DNA from: the human T2T-CHM13v2.0 reference genome, Homo sapiens
Assembly: GCF_009914755.1 (NCBI RefSeq)
Contig: NC_060939.1
DNA length: 64,000 bases
Strand: one strand, 5' to 3'
Shown here: positions 42,401 through 55,300 of the stretch, in pieces
Position numbering within the stretch: the first letter of the stretch is position 1
Layout: every line of letters starts with the position of its first letter
Position numbers and translations under genes: made by a program
Notes under the pieces: generated by a model
The model's input: only the letters and a program-made list of their open reading frames with translations
The model's database searches: none
Told to the model about the DNA's origin: nothing

Positions 42401-45400
42401 TTGTTCCAGTCCATTCTTTCGCGTCCATTCATTCCATTTCACTCCATTCGATTCCATTCCACTCGATTCCACTTCGTTCCATTTCATTGCATTCCATTCT
42501 ATTCAACTCTATTGCCTTCCATTCCATTCCATTCGATTACATTCCATGCGATTCCATTCGAAATCGAATCAATTACATTGCAATCCATTACTATTGAGTC
42601 CGTTTTATTCCAGTCCACTGCATTCTGGTCCATTCCATTTGATTCCATTCCATTCTATTCCATTCCATACAGTTGCATTCCATTGGATTCCATGCTATAT
42701 CTATAAATTCAATTCGAGACCATTGCTTTTGAGTCCATTCTATATGATTCCATTCCATTCAAGTCCATTACATTTGGTTAAATTCCATTCCATTCGGTTC
42801 AATTCCATTCCATTCCATTCCCTTCCATTCCATTCCAGTTGATATCAATCCATTCGATTCCATTCCATTCGAGCACATTCCATTCGAGTCCATTCCATTC
42901 GATGCCATTCCATTTGATTCTATTCCATTAGTCTCCATTCAATTCCATTAATCTCCATTCCATTCCATTCTACTCCAACTGATTCCATTCCATTCTATTC
43001 CTTTCCATTCCATTTCATTCCATTCCATTCCATTCCATTCCATTCCATTCCATTCCATTCGTGTCCATTCCACTCCAGTCCATTCCATTCGTATCCATTC
43101 CATTCCAGTCCATTCCATTTGTGTCCACTGCATTCCATTCCACTCCATTCCATATTATTCCATTACACTCCATTCCATTCTATTACTTTCATTTCCATTC
43201 AATTCCATTCCATTTGATTCCATTCCACTCGGTTTCATTCCATTTGAGTCCACTCCATTCCATTCCATTAAATTCCATTCAGTTCCATTCCATTCCGTTC
43301 CATAACATTCCATTCCATTCGGTACCATTACATATTGTTCCATTCGATTCCATTCGAATCCATTCCATTCCAGTCCATTCCATTCGATTCCATTCCATTC
43401 ATTTCAATTCCATTCCATTCCATTCCATTACATTCCACTTGATTCCTCTCCATTCCCTTCCACTGCATTCCGTTCGATTCCATTCCATTGCATTGCATTC
43501 CATTCCATTGGATTGCATTCCATTCGATTCCATTCCATTCGAATCAATTACATAGCAATCCATTACATTCGAGTCTATTCTATTCCGTTCCATTCGATTT
43601 CGTTCCAATCCATTCGATTCCATTCCATTCGATTCCATTCCATACTATTGCATTCCATTCGATTACATTATATTCGAATAAGTTCCATTCAAGACCATTT
43701 CTTTTGAGTCCATTCTATTTGAGTCCATTCCCTTTGATTCCATAACATTTGAGTCCATTCAATTCCATTCCTTTCGTTTCCATTCCATTTGATGCCATTC
43801 CATTCAATTCTGTTCTACTCGACTCCAATACATTCAATTCCATTCCATCCGATTCCATTACATTCTTTTCATTTCTTATCCATTTCAAGCCATTCCACTC
43901 CATTCCATTCCACTCGTTTCCTTTCCATTCGAGTCCATTCCTCTCCAGTCCATTCCGTTCAATCCATTCCATTCCAGTCCATTCCATTCGAGTCCGTTCC
44001 ATTCCAGTCCATTCCATTCGAGTCAATTCCATTCCATTCGATGTCTTTCCATAACGATCCATTCCATTCTATTCCTTTCGATTCCATTCCATTCTATTTC
44101 ATTCCATTCGATTCCCTTCCATTGGACTCCTTTCCATTCGAGTGCATTCCATTCCGTTCCATTTCTTTCCGTTCTGTACGATTCCTACCGTTCGATTTCA
44201 TTTTGTTCCAGTCCATTCTTTCGCGTCCATTCATTCCATTTCACTCCATTCGATTCCATTCCACTCGATTCCACTTCGTTCCATTTCATTGCATTCCATT
44301 CTATTCAACTCTATTGCCTTCCATTCCATTCCATTCGATTACATTCCATGCGATTCCATTCAAAATCGAATCAATTACATTGCAATCCATTACTATTGAG
44401 TCCGTTTTATTCCAGTCCACTGCATTCTGGTCCATTCCATTTGATTCCATTCCATTCTATTCCATTCCATACAGTTGCATTCCATTGGATTCCATGCTAT
44501 ATCTATAAATTCAATTCGAGACCATTGCTTTTGAGTCCATTCTATATGATTCCATTCCATTCAAGTCCATTACATTTGGTTAAATTCCATTCCATTCGGT
44601 TCAATTCCATTCCATTCCATTCCCTTCCATTCCATTCCAGTTGATATCAATCCATTCGATTCCATTCCATTCGAGCACATTCCATTCGAGTCCATTCCAT
44701 TCGATGCCATTCCATTTGATTCTATTCCATTAGTCTCCATTCAATTCCATTAATCTCCATTCCATTCCATTCTACTCCAACTGATTCCATTCCATTCTAT
44801 TCCTTTCCATTCCATTTCATTCCATTCCATTCCATTCCATTCCATTCCATTCCATTCCATTCGTGTCCATTCCACTCCAGTCCATTCCATTCGTATCCAT
44901 TCCATTCCAGTCCATTCCATTTGTGTCCACTGCATTCCATTCCACTCCATTCCATATTATTCCATTACACTCCATTCCATTCTATTACTTTCATTTCCAT
45001 TCAATTCCATTCCATTTGATTCCATTCCACTCGGTTTCATTCCATTTGAGTCCACTCCATTCCATTCCATTCCATTCAGTTCCATTCCATTCTGTTCCAT
45101 TCCATTCCGTTCCATTACATTCCATTCCATTCGGTACCATTCCATATTGTTCCATTCGATTCCATTCGAATCCATTCCATTCCAGTCCATTCCATTCGAT
45201 TCCATTCCATTCATTTCAATTCCATTCCATTCCATTCCATTACATTCCACTTGATTCCTCTCCATTCCCTTCCACTGCATTCCGTTCGATTCCATTCCAT
45301 TGCATTGCATTCCATTCCATTGGATTGCATTCCATTCGATTCCATTCCATTCGAATCAATTACATAACAATCCATTACATTCGAGTCTATTCTCTTCCGT

Positions 45401-48400
45401 TCCATTCGATTTCGTTCCAATCCATTCGATTCCATTCCATTCGATTCCATTCCATACTATTGCATTCCATTCGATTACATTATATTCGAATAAGTTCCAT
45501 TCAAGACCATTTCTTTTGAGTCCATTCTATTTGAGTCCATTCCCTTTGATTCCATAACATTTGAGTCCATTCAATTCCATTCCTTTCGTTTCCATTCCAT
45601 TTGATGCCATTCCATTCAATTCTGTTCTACTCGACTCCAATACATTCAATTCCATTCCATCCGATTCCATTACATTCTTTTCATTTCTTATCCATTTCAA
45701 GCCATTCCACTCCATTCCATTCCACTCGTTTCCTTTCCATTCGAGTCCATTCCTCTCCAGTCCATTCCGTTCAATCCATTCCATTCCAGTCCATTCCATT
45801 CGAGTCCGTTCCATTCCAGTCCATTCCATTCGAGTCAATTCCATTCCATTCGATGTCTTTCCATAACCATCCATTCCATTCTATTCCTTTCGATTCCATT
45901 CCATTCTATTTCATTCCATTCGATTCCCTTCCATTGGACTCCTTTCCATTCGAGTGCATTCCATTCCGTTCCATTTCTTTCCGTTCTGTACGATTCCTAC
46001 CGTTCGATTTCATTTTGTTCCAGTCCATTCCTTTCGCGTCCATTCCATTCCATTTCACTCCATTCGATTCCATTCCACTCGATTCCACTTCGTTCCATTT
46101 CATTGCATTCCATTCTATTCAACTCTATTGCCTTCCATTCCATTCCATTCGATTACATTCCATGCGATTCCATTCGAAATCGAATCAATTACATTGCAAA
46201 CCATTACTATTGAGTCCGTTTTATTCCAGTCCACTGCATTCTGGTCCATTCCATTTGATTCCATTCCATTCTATTCCATTCCATACAGTTGCATTCCATT
46301 GGATTCCATGCTATATCTATAAATTCAATTCGAGACCATTGCTTTTGAGTCCATTCTATATGATTCCATTCCATTCAAGTCCATTACATTTGGTTCAATT
46401 CCATTCCATTCCATTCCCTTTCATTCCATTCCATTTGATATCAATCCATTCGATTCCATTCCATTCGAGCACATTCCATTCGAGTCCATTCCATTCGATG
46501 CCATTCCATTTGATTCTATTCCATTAGTCTCCATTCAATTCCATTAATCTCCATTCCATTCCATTCTACTCCTACTGATTCAATTCCATTCTATTCCTTT
46601 CCATTCCATTTCATTCCATTCCATTCCATTTCATTCCATTCCATTCCATTCGTGTCCATTCCACTCCAGTCCATTCCATTCGTGTCCATTCCATTCCAGT
46701 CCATTCCATTTGTGTCCACTGCATTCCATTCCACTCCATTCCATATTATTCCATTACACTCCATTCCATTCTATTACTTTCATTTCCATTCAATTCCATT
46801 CCATTTGATTCCATTCCACTCGGTTTCATTCCATTTGAGTCCACTCCATTCCATTCCATTAAATTCCATTCAGTTCCATTCCATTCCGTTCCATAACATT
46901 CCATTCCATTCGGTACCATTACATATTGTTCCATTCGATTCCATTCGAATCCATTCCATTCCAGTCCATTCCATTCGATTCCATTCCATTCATTTCAATT
47001 CCATTCCATTCCATTCCATTCCATTCCACTTGATTCCTCTCCATTCCCTTCCACTGCATTCCGTTCGATTCCATTCCATTGCATTGCATTCCATTCCATT
47101 GGATTGCATTCCATTCGATTCCATTCCATTCGAATCAATTACATAGCAATCCATTACATTCGAGTCTATTCTATTCCGTTCCATTCGATTTCGTTCCAAT
47201 CCATTCGATTCCATTCCATTCGATTCCATTCCATACTATTGCATTCCATTCGATTACATTATATTCGAATAAGTTCCATTCAAGACCATTTCTTTTGAGT
47301 CCATTCTATTTGAGTCCATTCCCTTTGATTCCATAACATTTGAGTCCATTCAATTCCATTCCTTTCGTTTCCATTCCATTTGATGCCATTCCATTCAATT
47401 CTGTTCTACTCGACTCCAATACATTCAATTCCATTCCATCCGATTCCATTACATTCTTTTCATTTCTTATCCATTTCAAGCCATTCCACTCCATTCCATT
47501 CCACTCGTTTCCTTTCCATTCGAGTCCATTCCTCTCCAGTCCATTCCGTTCAATCCATTCCATTCCAGTCCATTCCATTCGAGTCCGTTCCATTCCAGTC
47601 CATTCCATTCGAGTCAATTCCATCCCATTCGATGTCTTTCCATAACGATCCATTCCACTCTATTCCTTTCGATTCCATTCCATTCTATTTCATTCCATTC
47701 GATTCCCTTCCATTTTACTCCTTTCCATTCGAGTGCATTCCATTCCGTTCCATTTCTTTCCGTTCTGTACGATTCCTACCGTTCGATTTCATTTTCTTCC
47801 AGTCCATTCTTTCGCGTCCATGCCATTCCATTTCACTCCATTCGATTCCATTCCACTCGATTCCACTCCGTTCCATTTCATTGCATTCCATTCTATTCAA
47901 CTCTATTGCCTTCCATTCCATTCCATTCGATTACATTCCATGCGATTCCATTCGAAATCGAATCAATTACATTGCAATCCATTACTATTGAGTCCGTTTT
48001 ATTCCAGTCCACTGCATTCTGGTCCATTCCATTTGATTCCATTCCATTCTATTCCATTCCATACAGTTGCATTCCATTGGATTCCATGCTATATCTATAA
48101 ATTCAATTCGAGACCATTGCTTTTGAGTCCATTCTATATGATTCCATTCCATTCAAGTCCATTACATTTGGTTAAATTCCATTCCATTCGGTTCAATTCC
48201 ATTCCATTCCATTCCCTTCCATTCCATTCCAGTTGATATCAATCCATTCGATTCCATTCCATTCGAGCACATTCCATTCGAATCCATTCCATTCGATGCC
48301 ATTCCATTTGATTCTATTCCATTAGTCTCCATTCAATTCCATTAATCTCCATTCCATTCCATTCTACTCCAACTGATTCCATTCCATTCTATTCCTTTCC

Positions 48401-51220
48401 ATTCCATTTCATTCCATTCCATTCCATTCCATTCCATTCGTGTCCATTCCACTCCAGTCCATTCCATTCGTATCCATTGCATTCCAGTCCATTCCATTTG
48501 TGTCCACTGCATTCCATTCCACTCCATTCCATATTATTCCATTACACTCCATTCCATTCTATTACTTTCATTTCCATTCAATTCCATTCCATTTGATTCC
48601 ATTCCACTCGGTTTCATTCCATTTGAGTCCACTCCATTCCATTCCATTCCATTCAGTTCCATTCCATTCTGTTCCATTCCATTCCGTTCCATTACATTCC
48701 ATTCCATTCGGTACCATTCCATATTGTTCCATTCGATTCCATTCGAATCCATTCCATTCCAGTCCATTCCATTCGATTCCATTCCATTCATTTCAATTCC
48801 ATTCCATTCCATTCCATTACATTCCACTTGATTCCTCTCCATTCCCTTCCACTGCATTCCGTTCGATTCCATTCCATTGCATTGCATTCCATTCCATTGG
48901 ATTGCATTCCATTCGATTCCATTCCATTCGAATCAATTACATAGCAATCCATTACATTCGAGTCTATTCTCTTCCGTTCCATTCGATTTCGTTCCAATCC
49001 ATTCGATTCCATTCCATTCGATTCCATTCCATACTATTGCATTTCATTCGATTACATTATATTCGAATAAGTTCCATTCAAGACCATTTCTTTTGAGTCC
49101 ATTCTATTTGAGTCCATTCCCTTTGATTCCATAACATTTGAGTCCATTCAATTCCATTCCTTTCGTTTCCATTCCATTTGATGCCATTCCATTCAATTCT
49201 GTTCTACTCGACTCCAATACATTCAATTCCATTCCATCCGATTCCATTACATTCTTTTCATTTCTTATCCATTTCAAGCCATTCCACTCCATTCCATTCC
49301 ACTCGTTTCCTTTCCATTCGAGTCCATTCCTCTCCAGTCCATTCCGTTCAATCCATTCCATTCCAGTCCATTCCATTCGAGTCCGTTCCATTCCAGTCCA
49401 TTCCATTCGAGTCAATTCCATTCCATTCGATGTCTTTCCATAACGATCCATTCCACTCTATTCCTTTCGATTCCATTCCATTCTATTTCATTCCATTCGA
49501 TTCCCTTCCATTGGACTCCTTTCCATTCGAGTGCATTCCATTCCGTTCCATTTCTTTCCGTTCTGTACGATTCCTACCGTTCGATTTCATTTTGTTCCAG
49601 TCCATTCTTTCGCGTCCATTCATTCCATTTCACTCCATTCGATTCCATTCCACTCGATTCCACTTCGTTCCATTTCATTGCATTCCATTCTATTCAACTC
49701 TATTGCCTTCCATTCCATTCCATTCGATTACATTCCATGCGATTCCATTCGAAATCGAATCAATTACATTGCAATCCATTACTATTGAGTCCGTTTTATT
49801 CCAGTCCACTGCATTCTGGTCCATTCCATTTGATTCCATTCCATTCTATTCCATTCCATACAGTTGCATTCCATTGGATTCCATGCTATATCTATAAATT
49901 CAATTCGAGACCATTGCTTTTGAGTCCATTCTATATGATTCCATTCCATTCAAGTCCATTACATTTGGTTAAATTCCATTCCATTCGGTTCAATTCCATT
50001 CCATTCCATTCCCTTCCATTCCATTCCAGTTGATATCAATCCATTCGATTCCATTCCATTCGAGCACATTCCATTCGAGTCCATTCCATTCGATGCCATT
50101 CCATTTGATTCTATTCCATTAGTCTCCATTCAATTCCATTAATCTCCATTCCATTCCATTCTACTCCAACTGATTCCATTCCATTCTATTCCTTTCCATT
50201 CCATTTCATTCCATTCCATTCCATTCCATTCCATTCCATTCCATTCCATTCGTGTCCATTCCACTCCAGTCCATTCCATTCGTATCCATTCCATTCCAGT
50301 CCATTCCATTTGTGTCCACTGCATTCCATTCCACTCCATTCCATATTATTCCATTACACTCCATTCCATTCTATTACTTTCATTTCCATTCAATTCCATT
50401 CCATTTGATTCCATTCCACTCGGTTTCATTCCATTTGAGTCCACTCCATTCCATTCCATTAAATTCCATTCAGTTCCATTCCATTCCGTTCCATAACATT
50501 CCATTCCATTCGGTACCATTACATATTGTTCCATTCGATTCCATTCGAATCCATTCCATTCCAGTCCATTCCATTCGATTCCATTCCATTCATTTCAATT
50601 CCATTCCATTCCATTCCATTACATTCCACTTGATTCCTCTCCATTCCCTTCCACTGCATTCCGTTCGATTCCATTCCATTGCATTGCATTCCATTCCATT
50701 GGATTGCATTCCATTCGATTCCATTCCATTCGAATCAATTACATAGCAATCCATTACATTCGAGTCTATTCTATTCCGTTCCATTCGATTTCGTTCCAAT
50801 CCATTCGATTCCATTCCATTCGATTCCATTCCATACTATTGCATTCCATTCGATTACATTATATTCGAATAAGTTCCATTCAAGACCATTTCTTTTGAGT
50901 CCATTCTATTTGAGTCCATTCCCTTTGATTCCATAACATTTGAGTCCATTCAATTCCATTCCTTTCGTTTCCATTCCATTTGATGCCATTCCATTCAATT
51001 CTGTTCTACTCGACTCCAATACATTCAATTCCATTCCATCCGATTCCATTACATTCTTTTCATTTCTTATCCATTTCAAGCCATTCCACTCCATTCCATT
51101 CCACTCGTTTCCTTTCCATTCGAGTCCATTCCTCTCCAGTCCATTCCGTTCAATCCATTCCATTCCAGTCCATTCCATTCGAGTCCGTTCCATTCCAGTC
51201 CATTCCATTCGAGTCAATTC
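36480..51220 (+). repeat. 4-monomer super-repeat, period 7,191 bp (two near-identical tandem copies)
   Basis: Spacing pattern 1812-1779-1798-1802 twice. Private variants at +7191: CATTCAAAATCG (~37166/44357), ATAACCATCC (~38672/45863), CTCCTACTGATTCAATT (~39378/46569), CATTAAATTCC (~39666/46857 and ~43266/50457), CCATTTTACTCC (~40519/47710), TATCCATTGCATT (~41280/48471). Confidence 0.93.
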
Positions 51221-51399
51221 CATCCCATTCGATGTCTTTCCATAACGATCCATTCCACTCTATTCCTTTCGATTCCATTCCATTCTATTTCATTCCATTC
51301 GATTCCCTTCCATTGGACTCCTTTCCATTCGAGTGCATTCCATTCCGTTCCATTTCTTTCCGTTCTGTACGATTCCTACCGTTCGATTTCATTTTGTTC

Positions 51400-52320
51400 C
51401 AGTCCATTCCTTTCGCGTCCATTCCATTCCATTTCACTCCATTCGATTCCATTCCCCTCGATTCCACTTCGTTCCATTTCATTGCATTCCATTCTATTCA
51501 ACTCTATTGCCTTCCATTCCATTCCATTCGATTACATTCCATGCGATTCCATTCGAAATCGAATCAATTACATTGCAATCCATTACTATTGAGTCCATTT
51601 TATTCCAGTCCACTGCATTCTGGTCCATTCCATTTGATTCCATTCCATTCTATTCCATTCCATACAGTTGCATTCCATTGAACTCCATTGTATATCTATA
51701 AATTCAATTCGAAACCATTGCTTTTGAGTCCATTCTATATGATTCCATTCCATTCAAGTCCATTACATTTGGTTCAATTCCATTCCATTCCATTCCCTTC
51801 CATTCCATTCCAGTTGATATCAATCTATTCGATTCCATTCCATTCGAGCACATTCCATTCGAGTCCATTCCATTCGATGCCATTCCATTTGATTCTATTC
51901 CATTAGTCTCCATTCAATTCCATTAATCTCCATTCCATTCCATTCTACTCCAACTGATTCCATTCCATTCTATTCCTTTCCATTCCATTTCATTCCATTC
52001 CATTCCATTTCATTCCATTCCATTCCATTCCATTCCATTCGCTTCCATTCCATTCGTGTCCATTGCATTCCAGTCCATTCCATTTGTGTCCACTGCATTC
52101 CATTCCACTCCATTCCATATTATTCCATTACACTCCATTCCATTCTATTACTTTCATTTCCATTGAATTCCATTCCATTTGATTCCATTCCACTCGGTTT
52201 CATTCCATTTGAGTCCACTCCACTCCATTCCATTCCATTCCATTCCATTCAGTTCCATTCCATTCTGTTCCATTCCATTCCATTCCATTCCATTCCATTC
52301 CATTCCATTCCATTCCATTC
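51400..52320 (+). repeat. Locally divergent segment ending in a ~270 bp internal duplication (2,079 bp monomer)
   Basis: Landmark spacing 50940 to 53019 = 2079. Cluster of variants not seen elsewhere: CCCCTCG, GAGTCCATTTTATT, TTGAACTCCATTGTATATC, CGAAACCATT, CAATCTATT, CGCTTCC, CATTGAATTC. The TTTGTGTCCACTGC...CTGTTCC block occurs at ~52083 and again at ~52378, separated by (CATTC)10 at 52271-52320. Confidence 0.88.
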
Positions 52321-55300
52321 GTGTCCATTCCACTCCAGTCCATTCCATTCGTATCCATTCCATTCCAGTCCATTCCATTTGTGTCCACTGCATTCCATTC
52401 CACTCCATTCCATATTATTCCATTACACTCCATTCCATTCTATTACTTTCATTTCCATTCAATTCCATTCCATTTGATTCCATTCCACTCGGTTTCATTC
52501 CATTTCAGTCCACTCCATTCCATTCCATTCCATTCAGTTCCATTCCATTCTGTTCCATTCCATTCCGTTCCGTTACATTCCATTCCATTCGGTACCATTC
52601 CATATTGTTCCATTCGATTCCATTCGAATCCATTCCATTCCAGTCCATTCCATTCGATTCCATTCCATTCATTTCAATTCCATTCCATTCCATTCCATTA
52701 TATTCCTCTTGATTCCTCTCCATTCCCTTCCACTGCATTCCGTTCGATTCCATTCCATTGCATTGCATTCCATTCCATTGGATTGCATTCCATTCGATTC
52801 CATTCCATTCGAATCAATTACATAGCAATCCATTACATTCGAGTCTATTCTCTTCTGTTCCATTCGATTTCGTTCCAATCCATTCGATTCCATTCCATTC
52901 GATTCCATTCCATACTATTGCATTCCATTCGATTACATTATATTCGAATAAGTTCCATTCAAGACCATTTCTTTTGAGTCCATTCTATTTGAGTCCATTC
53001 CCTTTGATTCCATAACATTTGAGTCCATTCAATTCCATTCCTTTCGCTTCCATTCCATTTGATGCCATTCCATTCAATTCTGTTCTACTCGACTCCAATA
53101 CATTCAATTCCATTCCATCCGATTCCATTACATTCTTTTCATTTCTTATCCATTTCAAGCCATTCCACTCCATTCCATTCCACTCGTTTCCTTTCCATTC
53201 GAGTCCATTCCTCTCCAGTCCATTCCGTTCAATCCATTCCATTCCAGTCCATTCCATTCGAGTCCGTTCCATTCCAGTCCATTCCATTCGAGTCAATTCC
53301 ATTCCATTCGATGTCTTTCCATAACGATCCATTCCATTCTATTCCTTTCGATTCCATTCCATTCTATTTCATTCCATTCGATTCCCTTCCATTGGACTCC
53401 TTTCCATTCGAGTGCATTCCATTCCGTTCCATTTCTTTCCGTTCTGTACGATTCCTACCGTTCGATTTCATTTTGTTCCAGTCCATTCTTTCGCGTCCAT
53501 TCCATTCCATTTCACTCCATTCGATTCGATTCCACTCGATTCCACTTCGTTCCATTTCATTGCATTCCATTCTATTCAACTCTATTGCCTTCCATTCCAT
53601 TCCATTCCATTACATTCCATGCGATTCCATTCGAAATCGAATCAATTACATTGCAATCCATTACTATTGAGTCCGTTTTATTCCAGTCCACTGCATTCTG
53701 GTCCATTCCATTTGATTCCATTCCATTCTATTCCATTCCATACAGTTGCATTCCATTGGATTCCATGCTATATCTATAAATTCAATTCGAGACCATTGCT
53801 TTTGAGTCCATTCTATATGATTCCATTCCATTCAAGTCCATTACATTTGGTTAAATTCCATTCCATTCGGTTCAATTCCATTCCATTCCATTCCCTTCCA
53901 TTCCATTCCAGTTGATATCAATCCATTCGATTCCATTCCATTCGAGCACATTCCATTCGAGTCCATTCCATTCGATGCCATTCCATTTGATTCTATTCCA
54001 TTAGTCTCCATTCAATTCCATTAATCTCCATTCCATTCCATTCTACTCCAACTGATTCCATTCCATTCTATTCCTTTCCATTCCATTTCATTCCATTCCA
54101 TTCCATTCCATTCCATTCCATTCCATTCGTGTCCATTCCACTCCAGTCCATTCCATTCGTATCCATTCCATTCCAGTCCATTCCATTTGTGTCCACTGCA
54201 TTCCATTCCACTCCATTCCATATTATTCCATTACACTCCATTCCATTCTATTACTTTCATTTCCATTCAAATCCATTCCATTTGATTCCATTCCACTCGG
54301 TTTCATTCCATTTGAGTCCACTCCATTCCATTCCATTCCATTCAGTTCCATTCCATTCTGTTCCATTCCATTCCGTTCCATTACATTGCATTCCATTCGG
54401 TACCATTCCATATTGTTCCATTCGATTCCATTCGAATCCATTCCATTCCAGTCCATTCCATTCGATTCCATTCCATTCATTTCAATTCCATTCCATTCCA
54501 TTCCATTCCATTCCACTTGATTCCTCTCCATTCCCTTCCACTGCATTCCGTTCGATTCCATTCCATTGCATTGCATTCCATTCCATTGGATTGCATTCCA
54601 TTCGATTCCATTCCATTCGAATCAATTACATAGCAATCCATTACATTCGAGTCTATTCTCTTCCGTTCCATTCGATTTCGTTCCAATCCATTCGATTCCA
54701 TTCCATTCGATTCCATTCCATACTATTGCATTCCATTCGATTACATTATATTCGAATAAGTTCCATTCAAGACCATTTCTTTTGAGTCCATTCTATTTGA
54801 GTCCATTCCCTTTGATTCCATAACATTTGAGTCCATTCAATTCCATTCCTTTCGTTTCCATTCCATTTGATGCCATTCCATTCAATTCTGTTCTACTCGA
54901 CTCCAATACATTCAATTCCATTCCATCCGATTCCATTACATTCTTTTCATTTCTTATCCATTTCAAGCCATTCCACTCCATTCCATTCCACTCGTTTCCT
55001 TTCCATTCGAGTCCATTCCTCTCCAGTCCATTCCATTCAATCCATTCCATTCCAGTCAATTCCATTCGAGTCCGTTCCATTCCAGTCCATTCCATTCGAG
55101 TCAATTCCATTCCATTCGATGTCTTTCCATAACGATCCATTCCATTCTATTCCTTTCGATTCCATTCCATTCTATTTCATTCCATTCGATTCCCTTCCAT
55201 TGGACTCCTTTCCATTCGAGTGCATTCCATTCCGTTCCATTTCTTTCCGTTCTGTACGATTCCTACCGTTCGATTTCATTTTGTTCCAGTCCATTCTTTC

